From: Planctomycetota bacterium | GTDB taxonomy: Bacteria; Planctomycetota; UBA8108; SXIK01 | NCBI GenBank assembly: GCA_965223845.1 | Contig: CBDCXR010000004.1 | Span: 1,664,001-1,728,000 of the forward strand | Direction: 5' to 3' | DNA length: 64,000 bases | Shown: positions 29,098-39,288 of the stretch, piece by piece | Layout: the number at the start of each line of letters is the position of its first letter | Position numbering within the stretch: the stretch's first letter is position 1 | Notes under the pieces: generated by a model | The model's input: only the letters and a program-made list of their open reading frames with translations | Databases searched by the model: none | Told to the model about the DNA's origin: nothing | Program-made: the position numbers and the translations under genes

Positions 29098-30507
29098 CTA
29101 AACGAGCTCTCGGATCGCCTCGCCTTCCGTGATCACCGTGCTCACGTCACTCGACAGCTCCCGGAGCAGCCGCAGCTCGCCGATATCGAAGAGCGACTGC
29201 ATCATGGTCGCGAGAAGATGTCCGGGACCATACCGCCGGGTCGCGGGCTCGGTCGCTTTGGCGTCCGAACGCCCGATGACCTGTCCCATCTTGAGTCCGC
29301 CGCCGTAGACGAGGAGCGGGGTGAGATTGCCGTAATGATCGCGGCCACCGTTCTTGTTGATGCGCGGAGTACGGCCCATCTCGCCCGTGACCACGAGGAG
29401 AATCTTGTCGCTGAGTCCGCGGCGCTCGACGTCCTCGATGAAAGCGGCGACCGCATGATCGACCTGCGGGCCTAAGTACTTCATGCCGCCGAGTCCCTTC
29501 GGGCTGTTCCCGTTCGAGTGCATGTCCCACCCGCAATCGGAGACGGTCACGAATCCGCAGCCCGCCTCGCAGAAGCGGCGAGCGAGCAGCATCTGTTTGC
29601 CGAGGAGATTCGTCGCCCGGCGCATGTCGCCCCACTTCTGCACGTCTTCGTTTCGAAAGAGGTTGCTCGTGTCGTATTCGGCGACGACCCGCGGATCCTC
29701 GTCGGAGAGGTCGAATGCCGACGCCGCCCCCCGCGCGATGACATCGAAGGCTTGCTCGCGGAATTCGTTCGCCCGAAAGCGGGCTGCGGCCGACTCAGCA
29801 ACGGCGCGCGCGGAGTCGAGCTTGGCGAGAAGTGTCCGTCGATCCGCGAAGCGCGCGGCCGGGATGCGGAGCTCCATGTTTTCGACGAGCGGTCCGCCAG
29901 AGGCGGGATCGAACGCGCGGTGAGACTCGCCGAGCATTCCCGGGTCCGTGAGCGTCGGTAACGCACCCGTCTCGAAGTTGCGCTTTAGCTCGAGCTCTGC
30001 ATCGACCGCCTCGGGCTTCACGAGCACGTTCGACGGCATTCCCGTGCGCGGATGCGTGGTTCCGACGACGCGCGAGTAGAGAGCGCCCGGTGTCGCTCGC
30101 AGTGAATTGCGTCCACTCGCGACGTCGCGGTAGGTGTGGCCGGAGTTTCCCGACGCGAACGAGCGCACGATCGAGAACTTGTGGGCCATCTTCGCGAGTC
30201 GAGGAAAGGTCCCGCCGAACGTGATCCCCGCGTGAGTCGTCGGCACTTCGCCGAAGATGCTTCGGTAGTCCGAGGGCGCACTCATCTTCGGGTCGAAGAG
30301 CTCGATGTGCGACGGACCGCCCTGGAGGAAGAGAAAGACGACCGAACGATCCTTCACCGCGAGTCCGAGCTCGGAAGCGCGTGCCCGCACGGAGAGGAGG
30401 TTCGCGAGCGTCATCCCGCCGAGGCCGAGGCTGCCGACGCGAAGAAAGTCGCGGCGGCGCCACCCCTCGCAGTTTCGGTCGAGTCTTCCGTCGGTGATGT
30501 TGAGCAC
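29098..30507 (-). CDS. DUF1501 domain protein
   Basis: RRDFLRVG, FLQGGPSHIELFDPK, GWDMH, GEMGRTPRIN, GRDH. Confidence 0.93.
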   Translation of the reverse strand: MLNITDGRLDRNCEGWRRRDFLRVGSLGLGGMTLANLLSVRARASELGLAVKDRSVVFLFLQGGPSHIELFDPKMSAPSDYRSIFGEVPTTHAGITFGGTFPRLAKMAHKFSIVRSFASGNSGHTYRDVASGRNSLRATPGALYSRVVGTTHPRTGMPSNVLVKPEAVDAELELKRNFETGALPTLTDPGMLGESHRAFDPASGGPLVENMELRIPAARFADRRTLLAKLDSARAVAESAAARFRANEFREQAFDVIARGAASAFDLSDEDPRVVAEYDTSNLFRNEDVQKWGDMRRATNLLGKQMLLARRFCEAGCGFVTVSDCGWDMHSNGNSPKGLGGMKYLGPQVDHAVAAFIEDVERRGLSDKILLVVTGEMGRTPRINKNGGRDHYGNLTPLLVYGGGLKMGQVIGRSDAKATEPATRRYGPGHLLATMMQSLFDIGELRLLRELSSDVSTVITEGEAIRELV

Positions 30508-30978
30508 TGTGACCTCGTCCGTCTATGCTTGCGGCTCGCGCGCGGCAACTTTCGCCGGCCCAGATACTTCGGTCGATTTTGGCGCGGATGAACGATCGAG
30601 ATCAAGCGTTTCCGGCTCGCCGTGGTGCCGACTCCGACGTCGAACGGCACCTAAGCCGAGACGAAGGCGACTCGCTCGGGTTCGACGATGGTTGGGGCTC
30701 TCCGCTCGCGCCGGCGGATTCGCTTGACGTTGCGGCGTCGCTGAACGAATAAGATGGATCGAGGTTTTCCAACCTATACCAGAGTTCCGCGAACCCACGG
30801 AGATTCGTCCATGCGCGTCACCGATCGGCCGTTCACCGTAGGCCTATTCCCTGAGAAGGAGTGTTGCGCCGGTTCAGGAACCGAATTCCCTCTCGGGGCG
30901 GCTTCCGCGAAGTCCACGCGCCGGAAACACGAGGCCGTGTCCGCGACGGTTCCGGTACCACCTGTGGTCCGCGTCGCG

Positions 30979-33459
30979 ATGCCGGCCGAGCAGCCTCGCT
31001 CTCCGGCTTCGAACCGATTCTCGCGCCGGCTCCTTCTCGGCGTTCTCTCGCTTCTCGCGGTAGCGCCGTGGGCCGCCGTCGCCGGCGAGCGCCTCGAGCA
31101 TCCGCTCTTTCGGGCGCTTCGCCGCGGCGACCGGGACGGCGTCGTCGATCTTCTTCGCCGCGGTACTCCACCGGATATTCGCCTTGCGGATGGCACGACT
31201 CCTCTCCTCTTCGCTGCCCTTCACAACGACGCGAACATGGTCTCGCTTCTGCTCGAGCACGGCGCGGATCCGAACGCCGCGACAGATGACGGAGTCACCG
31301 CTCTCCTTTGGGGAGCGGGCGACGCCGAGAAGGTGACGCTCCTCCTCGAGCGCGGCGCCGACCCCGATGCTCGATCCGCGCGTCAGCAGTCGCCGCTGCT
31401 CGCCGCCGCCGGCTACCCGTCGGGAGCGGAGAGCGTGGCGCTTCTCCTCGAGCGCGGCGTCGACGTCGACACGCGCAATCGCGGCGGCTTCACACCGCTC
31501 ATGACGGCGCTCCAGTCGGGCAGCGTCGAGACGATTCGGCTCCTCCTCGATCGCGGAGCCGACGTCACTCCGTCGGAGGAGCAGCCGGCGAGGAACCGAA
31601 CTCCGATTCTCGCGATCGCCGCCGAGAGAGGGGACCCCGCGATCGTTCAGCTTCTTCTCGACCGGGGCGCCGACCCGAACGCCGGCGACGGTGACTTCGC
31701 CGGGCACGCGCTCAATGCCGCTCTTCTCACGGATCGAGCGGAGATCGCGACGCAACTCATCCGAGCAGGAAGCGATCTCGACCACGCTACGCGCGTCGGC
31801 GACGTTCCTCCGTTTGTCCTCGCCGCGTACACCGAGGCCGGCTCGGTCGATGCAGCGAAGCTGCTCCTCGCGCGCGGGGTCGACGTGAAGGCGAAGAACG
31901 CCAAGGGCGAAACCGCCCTCACGTGGGCTCGACGCCGTGGGCATCGCGAGCTCATCCAGCTATTCGAGGAGGCCGGAGTACCAGCGGGGGAGAGCGCAGC
32001 GAAGACGAAGGACATGCCGAACCGGACCGTCCGGCTCCACGCCGGGAATCGTCTTCGGCTTGCAAAGGACGCTGTCGCGAAAAGCCTTCCTCTTCTTCAA
32101 TCGAGCTCGGACGTATTCCTCAAGAACCGGGAGGGCTGCGTCTCGTGTCACCACCAGAACCTCCCCGGTGTCGCGATCGCCTGGGCTCGCGATCGGGGTT
32201 TCGAGACGGATGCGAGCACGGTCCGACGGATGATCCGTCGTCAGGAGAGCTCGTGGTCGGGCATGACCCGCGCGCTCTACGAAATGCAGCACGTCGCGCC
32301 GGTACCGCCGCGCTTCTTCGGCTGGGGACTGTGGTCGTTCGATGCGCTCGGGTATCCGCCGGGCGAGCTGACCGACGCGGTCGTCTGGTATCTGGCGAAG
32401 ATTCAAAAGCCGTCGGGACACTGGACGTCGGGCTTTCTGCGTCCTCCACTAGGGGGAAGCGACGTCGTTGCGACCGCCCTCGCCGCGCGTGCGCTCAGCG
32501 CATATCCGCTCACGATCCATCGCGAGGAGTTCGCGCAGCGACTCGAGCGCGCTCGCGCGTGGCTCTCGGAGTCGGAGCCGGCGACCTTCACCGATTCGGT
32601 GTTTCGTCTGTTCGGCCTCGGGTGGACCGGCGCCCGCGTCGACGAACTGTCGGCGGCTGCGAACGAGATCCTCGCTCGCCAGCAGGAGGACGGCGGCTGG
32701 GCGCAGCTCCCCGGGCTAGGGAGCGACGCCTGGGCGACCGGCCAAGCTCTCGTCGCGCTCGCGACCGCGGCAGCGGTGCCGACCACGCACCGGGTGTATC
32801 AACGGGGCCTCGAGTTCCTTCTTCGCACGCAGTTCGATGATGGCTCTTGGTTCGTCCCCACTCGCGCGTGGCCGTTTCAGCCGCACTTCGACGGCGGTTT
32901 TCCTCACGGACGAGACCAGTGGATCTCGGCGCCCGCGACCGCGTGGGCGACGATGGCGCTCACGCTCGCTGTGAAACCGTTCGCCGAAGTGACGATCGAC
33001 GTCCAACTCGAGGCCAAATCGAGCGACGATTCGCGAGCGAGCGTCGCCCCGCCGAGTGCGGCGAACTCGAACTCGAGCTCGGAGCCGCCGACGCCACCGG
33101 ACCGCGGAGCGGCCGACGTCGAGTTCAAGCGGGACGTCGCTCGCGTCCTCGAGCGCTCGTGCGCCGCGTGTCACAGCGGTGATCGCCCGAAGGCGAGCTT
33201 TCGTGTGACGGATCGCGCCGCGCTCGTCAAGGGAGGAGAGAGTGGGGTGGCGTCGATCGTTCCCGGCCGAAGCGGAGACAGTCCGCTCGTCGCGATGGTG
33301 TCCGATCGAGTCGAGGATCTCGAGATGCCGCCGCCAGCCAAGCGCGACCGGTATCCGGCGCTCACCGAGGAGGAGATCGCGCTTCTCCGCGCGTGGATCG
33401 ATGGCGGCGCGAGCTGGCCGGACGGCGTCGCGGTGAAGCCCCCGGCCGCCGGGGACTGA
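30979..33459 (+). CDS. Secreted ankyrin-repeat + prenyltransferase/squalene-cyclase-like repeat + planctomycete cytochrome c protein
   Basis: About 9 ankyrin repeats (GTTPLLFA, GFTPLM); CVSCHH; QW-like repeats (QQEDGGW, TQFDDGSW); C-terminal CAACH...MPP...WIDGGA.W. Confidence 0.85.
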   Translation: MPAEQPRSPASNRFSRRLLLGVLSLLAVAPWAAVAGERLEHPLFRALRRGDRDGVVDLLRRGTPPDIRLADGTTPLLFAALHNDANMVSLLLEHGADPNAATDDGVTALLWGAGDAEKVTLLLERGADPDARSARQQSPLLAAAGYPSGAESVALLLERGVDVDTRNRGGFTPLMTALQSGSVETIRLLLDRGADVTPSEEQPARNRTPILAIAAERGDPAIVQLLLDRGADPNAGDGDFAGHALNAALLTDRAEIATQLIRAGSDLDHATRVGDVPPFVLAAYTEAGSVDAAKLLLARGVDVKAKNAKGETALTWARRRGHRELIQLFEEAGVPAGESAAKTKDMPNRTVRLHAGNRLRLAKDAVAKSLPLLQSSSDVFLKNREGCVSCHHQNLPGVAIAWARDRGFETDASTVRRMIRRQESSWSGMTRALYEMQHVAPVPPRFFGWGLWSFDALGYPPGELTDAVVWYLAKIQKPSGHWTSGFLRPPLGGSDVVATALAARALSAYPLTIHREEFAQRLERARAWLSESEPATFTDSVFRLFGLGWTGARVDELSAAANEILARQQEDGGWAQLPGLGSDAWATGQALVALATAAAVPTTHRVYQRGLEFLLRTQFDDGSWFVPTRAWPFQPHFDGGFPHGRDQWISAPATAWATMALTLAVKPFAEVTIDVQLEAKSSDDSRASVAPPSAANSNSSSEPPTPPDRGAADVEFKRDVARVLERSCAACHSGDRPKASFRVTDRAALVKGGESGVASIVPGRSGDSPLVAMVSDRVEDLEMPPPAKRDRYPALTEEEIALLRAWIDGGASWPDGVAVKPPAAGD

Positions 33460-33619
33460 GTGCTCGACTGGGCCGTGTCTCGGTTTTTTCCGACCCTCCT
33501 CGGCGTTCCGACGGTTCAACCAGGAGCCGACGTGGTGTGAGACGCGATCGAGCCGCGCGTCGACGCGGCGCGCGGCTCGATCACCACCCCACCCCAGCTG
33601 AATGCGCGGGAGCGCCGAC

Positions 33620-35173
33620 ATGTGTCGAATCGTCATGCCGAGTCTTGCTGTCTTTCTAGCGACGAATGTCGCGCTCGTCGGGATCTCGCCCGCGGTCGGA
33701 TTCGGATCTCCGGGCTCGCCCGTGACGGTAGCGGCGGGCGAGCTCGATGAGCTCGTGAAGGAATACGAAGAAGCGAAGCGGGCGTGGCAGCAGTGGAAGG
33801 CGAATGCCGGTCGCCGCGGCGGCGGCCGAGGAGGAGGACGGGGAGGCGGCCGAGGCGGAGGCCGAGGCGGCGGACGACGCGAACGTCCCGAGCTGCAACC
33901 GATCCTCCGGCGCATCGCGAAGCTCGAGACGAAACCGAGCTTCGCGTACCTCGCTCGCGAGTATCGAGACCCGATTCCGGAGATCGCCGCGATGGTCGGT
34001 CTCGCGATGCTCGACAGCGGAAACGAGAATGCGGTGCGCACGGTCATTGCCGGCTTCAATCGCGGCGGCCGGTGGACGTTCGGCGCGAAGGCGCGGATTC
34101 TCGATGCACTTGCCAAACACGCGAACCCGGACGGTCTCCGTTTCGTGATCAAGCTCGCCTCGCGCGGGAAGTCGACGCTGCGCGCGGTGGCCATCGGCAG
34201 CCTGAGGCTGACGCCGAAGGAGCCGGATGCGCGCGAAGCGCTGATCGAGGCCTTGGCGGATCGCTCGCCGCAGATTCGAAGCGCGGCGATTCGCGCGCTG
34301 AAGTACTACGAGCACAAGGCGGTGGTTCGAGCTGCCGTCGATCGTCTCGCCAAGGAGAAGGAGGAGAACCTTCGCGTCGACGTCGTCCGTCTCCTCGTGA
34401 AGCTCACCGGACAAAACATGGGCTTCGAGGCGAAGGACTGGTCGAAGTGGTGGGAGGGGGCCGAGCCGCGATTTGAGTTTGATCAGAAGCCGGCCGGAAC
34501 GACGATCACGGTTACACCGGACCTCGAGTACTTCGGCATCGAGGTCGCGTCTAAACGGGTCTCGTTTCTCGTCGACGCGTCGCTCAGCATGGAGCCGCGT
34601 TCCGGTGGGCGTCGTGGCGGCCGGCGGGGCGGTGGGCCCGGGGGGGGAGGCGATGACGGAAACGGAGGGGGTGGTGACGGCGGGCGAGCTCGCGGCACGA
34701 ATTCGAAGCTCGTCCTCATGAAGGAAGAGCTCACGCGCATCCTCGAAAAACTCCCGGAATCGACGCTCGTCAACATCATCCCGTTCCACCGCAATCCCGT
34801 CCCCTGGAAGAAGGAGCTCCATTCCCTGAAGGGAGCTGGGCGCGCGCAAGCGATTCAGTTCGTGAAGGATCTCAAGACCGACTTCGGGACGAATATCTAC
34901 GACACCCTCGAGATCGCTCTCGACGACAAGCGCGTCGATACGATCTTCCTCCTATCCGACGGGCGCCCGGTGGGAGGCAAGATCTCCGATCCGGAGGAGA
35001 TCGTCCGCGAGATCAGTGCGATCAATCGCGTCCGCGGCGCGAAGATTCACTGCATCAGCTTTGGTCTCGAAACCGAGTTCCTGAAGAATCTCGCGGAGGA
35101 GAACGGCGGAGACTATCGCTCGGTCGATCCGAGGTCAGACCGGAGGAGAAGGGGCAGAGCCGGAGCTCCGTGA
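33620..35173 (+). CDS. HEAT-repeat + vWA domain protein with RGG inserts
   Basis: Signal-like N-terminus; HEAT repeats; YFGI, DASLSM, TNIYDTL, IFLLSDGRP. Confidence 0.85.
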   Translation: MCRIVMPSLAVFLATNVALVGISPAVGFGSPGSPVTVAAGELDELVKEYEEAKRAWQQWKANAGRRGGGRGGGRGGGRGGGRGGGRRERPELQPILRRIAKLETKPSFAYLAREYRDPIPEIAAMVGLAMLDSGNENAVRTVIAGFNRGGRWTFGAKARILDALAKHANPDGLRFVIKLASRGKSTLRAVAIGSLRLTPKEPDAREALIEALADRSPQIRSAAIRALKYYEHKAVVRAAVDRLAKEKEENLRVDVVRLLVKLTGQNMGFEAKDWSKWWEGAEPRFEFDQKPAGTTITVTPDLEYFGIEVASKRVSFLVDASLSMEPRSGGRRGGRRGGGPGGGGDDGNGGGGDGGRARGTNSKLVLMKEELTRILEKLPESTLVNIIPFHRNPVPWKKELHSLKGAGRAQAIQFVKDLKTDFGTNIYDTLEIALDDKRVDTIFLLSDGRPVGGKISDPEEIVREISAINRVRGAKIHCISFGLETEFLKNLAEENGGDYRSVDPRSDRRRRGRAGAP

Positions 35174-35230
35174 CAGCGCTCCGCCACGAAATCTGGCGGG
35201 GCTCATCGCGCCCGGATCCGCTCGCAAGTG

Positions 35231-36691
35231 CTACTTTCGAACGACCGGGTCCAGCCAGACGCAGTGAAGCCAGTCGCGCCGGCCTTTGCACGTGGCAACG
35301 AGCGCGAGCTCCTCGACGCGTGCGATCGCAACGTCGCACTTCACGTGCTTTCCGCTGCCGCGCATCGGCTTCGATTCCCAGAGGACTTTGTCGTCTCCGA
35401 CGACCAAGAACCTCACGCTGGCGCGTTGGCGGGTCGGACGCGCGGTGTCGTTGAGACCGACGAAGGCGGAGAAGTGTTGGAACTGTCCGCGGATGCGGAA
35501 GCTCACTCTCGCGTCACCTTGCGTCTTGGCGTGCATTGCGATTCCACGCGGCGAGGGCACGCCTTCGACCCGGATGCGAGTATCGGAGATTCCGGGCACG
35601 CTGAAGCCGAGCTTTCCGAAGCCGAGCTCACCGTAGCCGACCTCCGAGTCCACGGGCTCGAGGTCGGAAAGGAACATCTCCGGCGCGGCCGAGAAGAGCT
35701 TCTCCTCGATGCGCGACCGAGCCAGACCGGACGACTGCTTGAGCGCCTTCCCGAACCACAAGCCGGCGCGGGCACCGATACCGTGTCGCTCGCTTCTTTT
35801 TTCCTTCGCGGCGATCGCCATCCAGAGCTCGCCGAGGCGTTCGCACCGGCCGAGCTCGGTCGGCGACGATAGGTCTTTCTTCGCGACGTCCGCGAGCTCA
35901 CGGTTCCCGCAGCGTCGAAGCCGCTCGAGTCCGGAGCGCCAGGACCCGAGCTCGACAGCGAGGAAACGCCCGAGCTCCTCGTTCGCACCCGGGTGACTCG
36001 CGTCGGCGAGGAGCTCCTTGGTCGCGCGCGTCACGACAGACTTCTGCCTGCGCCAACGCTTTACTCGCTCGAGGCGCGAGGTGACGATCGAGCGCGGCCA
36101 CTCCGATCTCGTCGCCCGCGCGCCCTTCTTGAGGAGCGACTCCAGGTCCTTGAGGATTTCGAACCCCTCCTCGGCTTCGAGTCGGTCAAACGCGGATTCG
36201 TCGGCGACGCCGTCCACGATCTCGACCAGCTTTCCCGTGAGCTCGACTGGCTCGAGGCTCCTCGCGAGGACGCTGTAGGCGTCGACGCGCAGCCGCGTCC
36301 TGTCGACGACGAACGTTTTCGCGATCGCCGCGATCGCCGCGTCGCAGGTCTCCGTGTCGCCGACGGAGATCGCGAGATCACGCGCCTCGCGAAGGAGTAC
36401 GAAGCGCAACGCGGGGTCGCGTTCGGTTTGGCCGATGCGCAGGTACTCGCGGCCGAGGGTCTTCGGGTTCCGCGGCCGCTTGCCGCGATACTCGCTTTTG
36501 AAGCGCGAGCGGATCTTCTCTTCGGCGGCCGTCTGTGCGAGCTCCGGTGGAATCGTCTCACGAGTGCTCGGACCCTCGTCCTCAGCCCGCGCGCCGCGGC
36601 TCGCACCGAGGAGGGCTAACGCGAGCACGGCGAGACCGAAAACGAAGAATCGCGACGTCGCCCCGTACCCTCGAATTCCGCTCGAATTCAT
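35231..36691 (-). CDS. Secreted helical protein with C-terminal NPCBM/NEW2 domain
   Basis: FLSDL....VGYG, GIAMHA, FSAFVGLND, VRFLVVGDDKVLWES, VWLDP. Confidence 0.8.
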   Translation of the reverse strand: MNSSGIRGYGATSRFFVFGLAVLALALLGASRGARAEDEGPSTRETIPPELAQTAAEEKIRSRFKSEYRGKRPRNPKTLGREYLRIGQTERDPALRFVLLREARDLAISVGDTETCDAAIAAIAKTFVVDRTRLRVDAYSVLARSLEPVELTGKLVEIVDGVADESAFDRLEAEEGFEILKDLESLLKKGARATRSEWPRSIVTSRLERVKRWRRQKSVVTRATKELLADASHPGANEELGRFLAVELGSWRSGLERLRRCGNRELADVAKKDLSSPTELGRCERLGELWMAIAAKEKRSERHGIGARAGLWFGKALKQSSGLARSRIEEKLFSAAPEMFLSDLEPVDSEVGYGELGFGKLGFSVPGISDTRIRVEGVPSPRGIAMHAKTQGDARVSFRIRGQFQHFSAFVGLNDTARPTRQRASVRFLVVGDDKVLWESKPMRGSGKHVKCDVAIARVEELALVATCKGRRDWLHCVWLDPVVRK

Positions 36692-36849
36692 CTTCAGGAC
36701 CTGCTCTCCGCGTACTGTTCTCCGTAGATGGGGACGACGCCGACGGCGTCGATCTTAGGCCATCTTTCCACGGATAGGTGGGCAATCGGTACGGATTCGC
36801 GAAGGAGACGAGCGGAGATCGAACCGAACCCGACGGTCCGGGCAGGTCT

Positions 36850-37872
36850 TCAGGGTTGCCGGGCTAGATACCCCGCGATCGCGCGATCGCTGTGCTCGCG
36901 GAGGGACTCCGGCCAGCCCGCAGGATCCCGCGCGTAGGTCCGCCAGACGATCGGGTCGTGGAGCGGGACGATGATCCCGCGATCCCGCCGGGCCAGGTCG
37001 ACGATTCGCCGGACCGCGCTGCGGAGGTTTTCCGGCGTCGTTCTGATCTCGGGGAGGACCGCGTTCTCGAGCAGACGATAAAGATAGATGTCGTCGCTCG
37101 AGATGATGACGGGACCGCGATCGGTGTCGACGACGACCGCCTGGCTGCAGATCGAGTGTCCGCCGAGATAGAGCGTGCGGAGTCCGGGAAAGATCTCGGC
37201 GTCGTCCTCGAACCGTACTTTTCTCTCCGCCTCCCGGCGGAGGAGAAAATCCGCGAACGCGTAGTCGACGTAGCTGTTCCACCGCTCGCCGTCTCGACGC
37301 GCGAGATTGTCTTCCCAGCCTCGACGCGAGACGTGAAGGAGTGCATTCGGAGACTCTTCGGCGACACCTCCGTCGCGTGCGTCGTGCATTCCGTGGTGGT
37401 CGGCATGGAGATGGGTAAACACGATATGGTCGATCGACTCGATGCCGCGACCCGTTGCTTCGAGCTGCGCGATGATGTTGCCGTACGGCTGGCGGACGTC
37501 GTCGGGATATCGCTCCTCGGGCGGCAATTCCGCCCCGAGGTCGCGGAAGAACCCGTGGTGGCGAAACATCCGGTTCGTGTACTCGAGACTCTTCGGACCG
37601 AGGTCGATCAGCGCGGATCGTCCGTCGGGGGTTTCGACGAGAAAGGAATAGATCACGAACGGCACGCGTTCGTCAGCGGAATGCGCGGCTCCGAGGACGT
37701 GGTCCGCCCCGAGCAGGCATTCGCCCACGTTGAACGGCCGAATTTGCGCAGCCGCGGCCGCAGCGACACCCAGCGTTTCGTCTTCCGCCGGGGCACGACA
37801 AGAAGGCACGACGGACGCCAGCGCGAAGAACAGAGCGACCGTCGATGCGCTGTTGGTACCGGTGTGATTCAA
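36850..37872 (-). CDS. Metallo-beta-lactamase-fold hydrolase (AHL-lactonase-like), probable lipoprotein
   Basis: THLHADH, GGHS, SDD and C-terminal PLHD; N-terminal hydrophobic stretch ending VPSC. Confidence 0.85.
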   Translation of the reverse strand: MNHTGTNSASTVALFFALASVVPSCRAPAEDETLGVAAAAAAQIRPFNVGECLLGADHVLGAAHSADERVPFVIYSFLVETPDGRSALIDLGPKSLEYTNRMFRHHGFFRDLGAELPPEERYPDDVRQPYGNIIAQLEATGRGIESIDHIVFTHLHADHHGMHDARDGGVAEESPNALLHVSRRGWEDNLARRDGERWNSYVDYAFADFLLRREAERKVRFEDDAEIFPGLRTLYLGGHSICSQAVVVDTDRGPVIISSDDIYLYRLLENAVLPEIRTTPENLRSAVRRIVDLARRDRGIIVPLHDPIVWRTYARDPAGWPESLREHSDRAIAGYLARQP

Positions 37873-38054
37873 ACTAGGGCTCCGAGTTTCGCGTTCGCGT
37901 CATTGTGCGATGTCCCGCGCAAGTTAGGGCGGAGTTTTCCGCCGTGCGTTTCGGCCGCGGATCGCAACGCCTACCCCGACTCCGCCCGGCGCAGGCAGTA
38001 AAATCGGAGGGCGCGACGCAGCGCAAGCACGAAGGCCCACGCCGACGAGTGACC

Positions 38055-38636
38055 ATGATCGAAACGCTTCGTCTCCCGCTCGAGTTCTCACCGGAGCTTC
38101 TTCGCCGCGATCTCGACCGCATCGACGACGACCGCTGGATCGCGCACTTCAATACGACGAACTACGCGGGCGATTGGAGCGGCGTCGCGCTCCGCGGACC
38201 CGCGGACGTGACGCACCCGATTCAGGAGCTCTTCGCGAATCCTGGGACCACGGCGTGGGCGGAGACCCGACTCGCCGACGAGTGCCCGTACTTCCGCGAC
38301 GTGATGGGGCGCTTCGAATGCCCGCTGCTCTCGGTTCGATTGCTCCGCCTGGGGCCGGGGTCGGCGATCAAGGAACACACCGACCACTGCCTCGCGCTCG
38401 AAGACGGCGAGGTTCGCCTCCACGTCCCCGTCGCGACGAGCCCCGAAGTCGAGTTCTGGCTCAATGGCAATCGTGTGGAGCTGCAACCGGGAGAGACTTG
38501 GTATCTGAACGTGAACCTCCCGCACCGCGTCGAGAACCAAAGCTCCGAGCACCGGGTGCACATGGTGATCGACTGCGTGGTCGACGACTGGCTGCGCGCG
38601 CTCTTCGCGGCCGCTGATCCCCGACGCGCGGACTAG
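38055..38636 (+). CDS. Aspartyl/asparaginyl beta-hydroxylase domain protein
   Basis: VRLLRL.PGS.IKEH.D, VRLHVPV, WYLN..LPH.V.N, RVH.VID 2OG-Fe(II) motifs. Confidence 0.9.
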   Translation: MIETLRLPLEFSPELLRRDLDRIDDDRWIAHFNTTNYAGDWSGVALRGPADVTHPIQELFANPGTTAWAETRLADECPYFRDVMGRFECPLLSVRLLRLGPGSAIKEHTDHCLALEDGEVRLHVPVATSPEVEFWLNGNRVELQPGETWYLNVNLPHRVENQSSEHRVHMVIDCVVDDWLRALFAAADPRRAD

Positions 38637-38683
38637 CCGGAACCCCGCCAGTTCCGTCGCAGATCGGGCGTCGCGGCGGATGC

Positions 38684-38710
38684 AAAAACCCCCGGACATC
38701 GCCGGGGGTT
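38684..38710 (-). terminator. Rho-independent terminator of tRNA-Asn
   Basis: Minus strand CCCCCGG-loop-CCGGGGG followed by TTTTT. Confidence 0.8.
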
Positions 38711-38724
38711 CACGTTGATTTCAG

Positions 38725-38800
38725 TGGCTCCTCAGCCTGGACTCGAACCAGGAACCTACCGGTTAACAGCCGGCTACTCTACCAATTGAGCTACTGAGGA
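38725..38800 (-). tRNA. tRNA-Asn (GTT)
   Basis: Reverse complement TCCTCAGTAGCTCAATTGGTAGAG...CCGGCT-GTT-AACCGG...GGTTCGAGTCC...CTGAGGAG-CCA. Confidence 0.97.
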
Positions 38801-38819
38801 TCAGTGGATGGGAGGCGCT

Positions 38820-38848
38820 ACTATACGGTCGAGCGTACTCGAACGCAA
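38820..38848 (-). promoter_or_regulatory. Putative sigma70 promoter of tRNA-Asn
   Basis: Minus strand TTGCGT-N17-TATAGT. Confidence 0.65.
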
Positions 38849-38892
38849 CCGAGGGAAACCGCCCTCGCAACCGGGATCAGGACTCGGTTTTG

Positions 38893-39288
38893 TCAGTGCG
38901 GAACCTGGAGGACGAGCTGTCCGTCCGATCCTCGGACGACGACGAGTTTCGTGCTCGGAGCCGACGGAATGCGTGCCGTCGCGATCGCCGTTGTCGTCTC
39001 TTCGGAAACACCCGTCGAGCCGGCTCCGACCAACTCGAATTCCGCGGTCGATTCCTCTTCGGTCGCAACGGATCGCAGCTCGACTTGCCAGCCGGGCCCC
39101 GGAGTCCGCGTCTCGACCGCTAGGGTCACACCGTGCTGGCTGTCGAGGAAGTCCGCGCTCACGACCGGGAGGTCGACCCAGGTGGGAGGGGTGTCGGAGA
39201 CGGCCGTCAGCCGGCCTTGGCCGGCACAGCCCACCGCGGCGACGAGAAGCGAAACGGCGAGAAGTTTCGAGAGGGTCATTCGAGTCAC
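38893..39288 (-). CDS. Small lipoprotein, unknown function
   Basis: Lipobox AAVGC; beta-rich mature part with TPGPGW. Confidence 0.65.
   Translation of the reverse strand: MTRMTLSKLLAVSLLVAAVGCAGQGRLTAVSDTPPTWVDLPVVSADFLDSQHGVTLAVETRTPGPGWQVELRSVATEEESTAEFELVGAGSTGVSEETTTAIATARIPSAPSTKLVVVRGSDGQLVLQVPH

Noticed and set aside
30508-30978. Long intergenic region as ncRNA or small ORF
   Set aside because: No recognisable motif or convincing ORF; probably divergent promoters.
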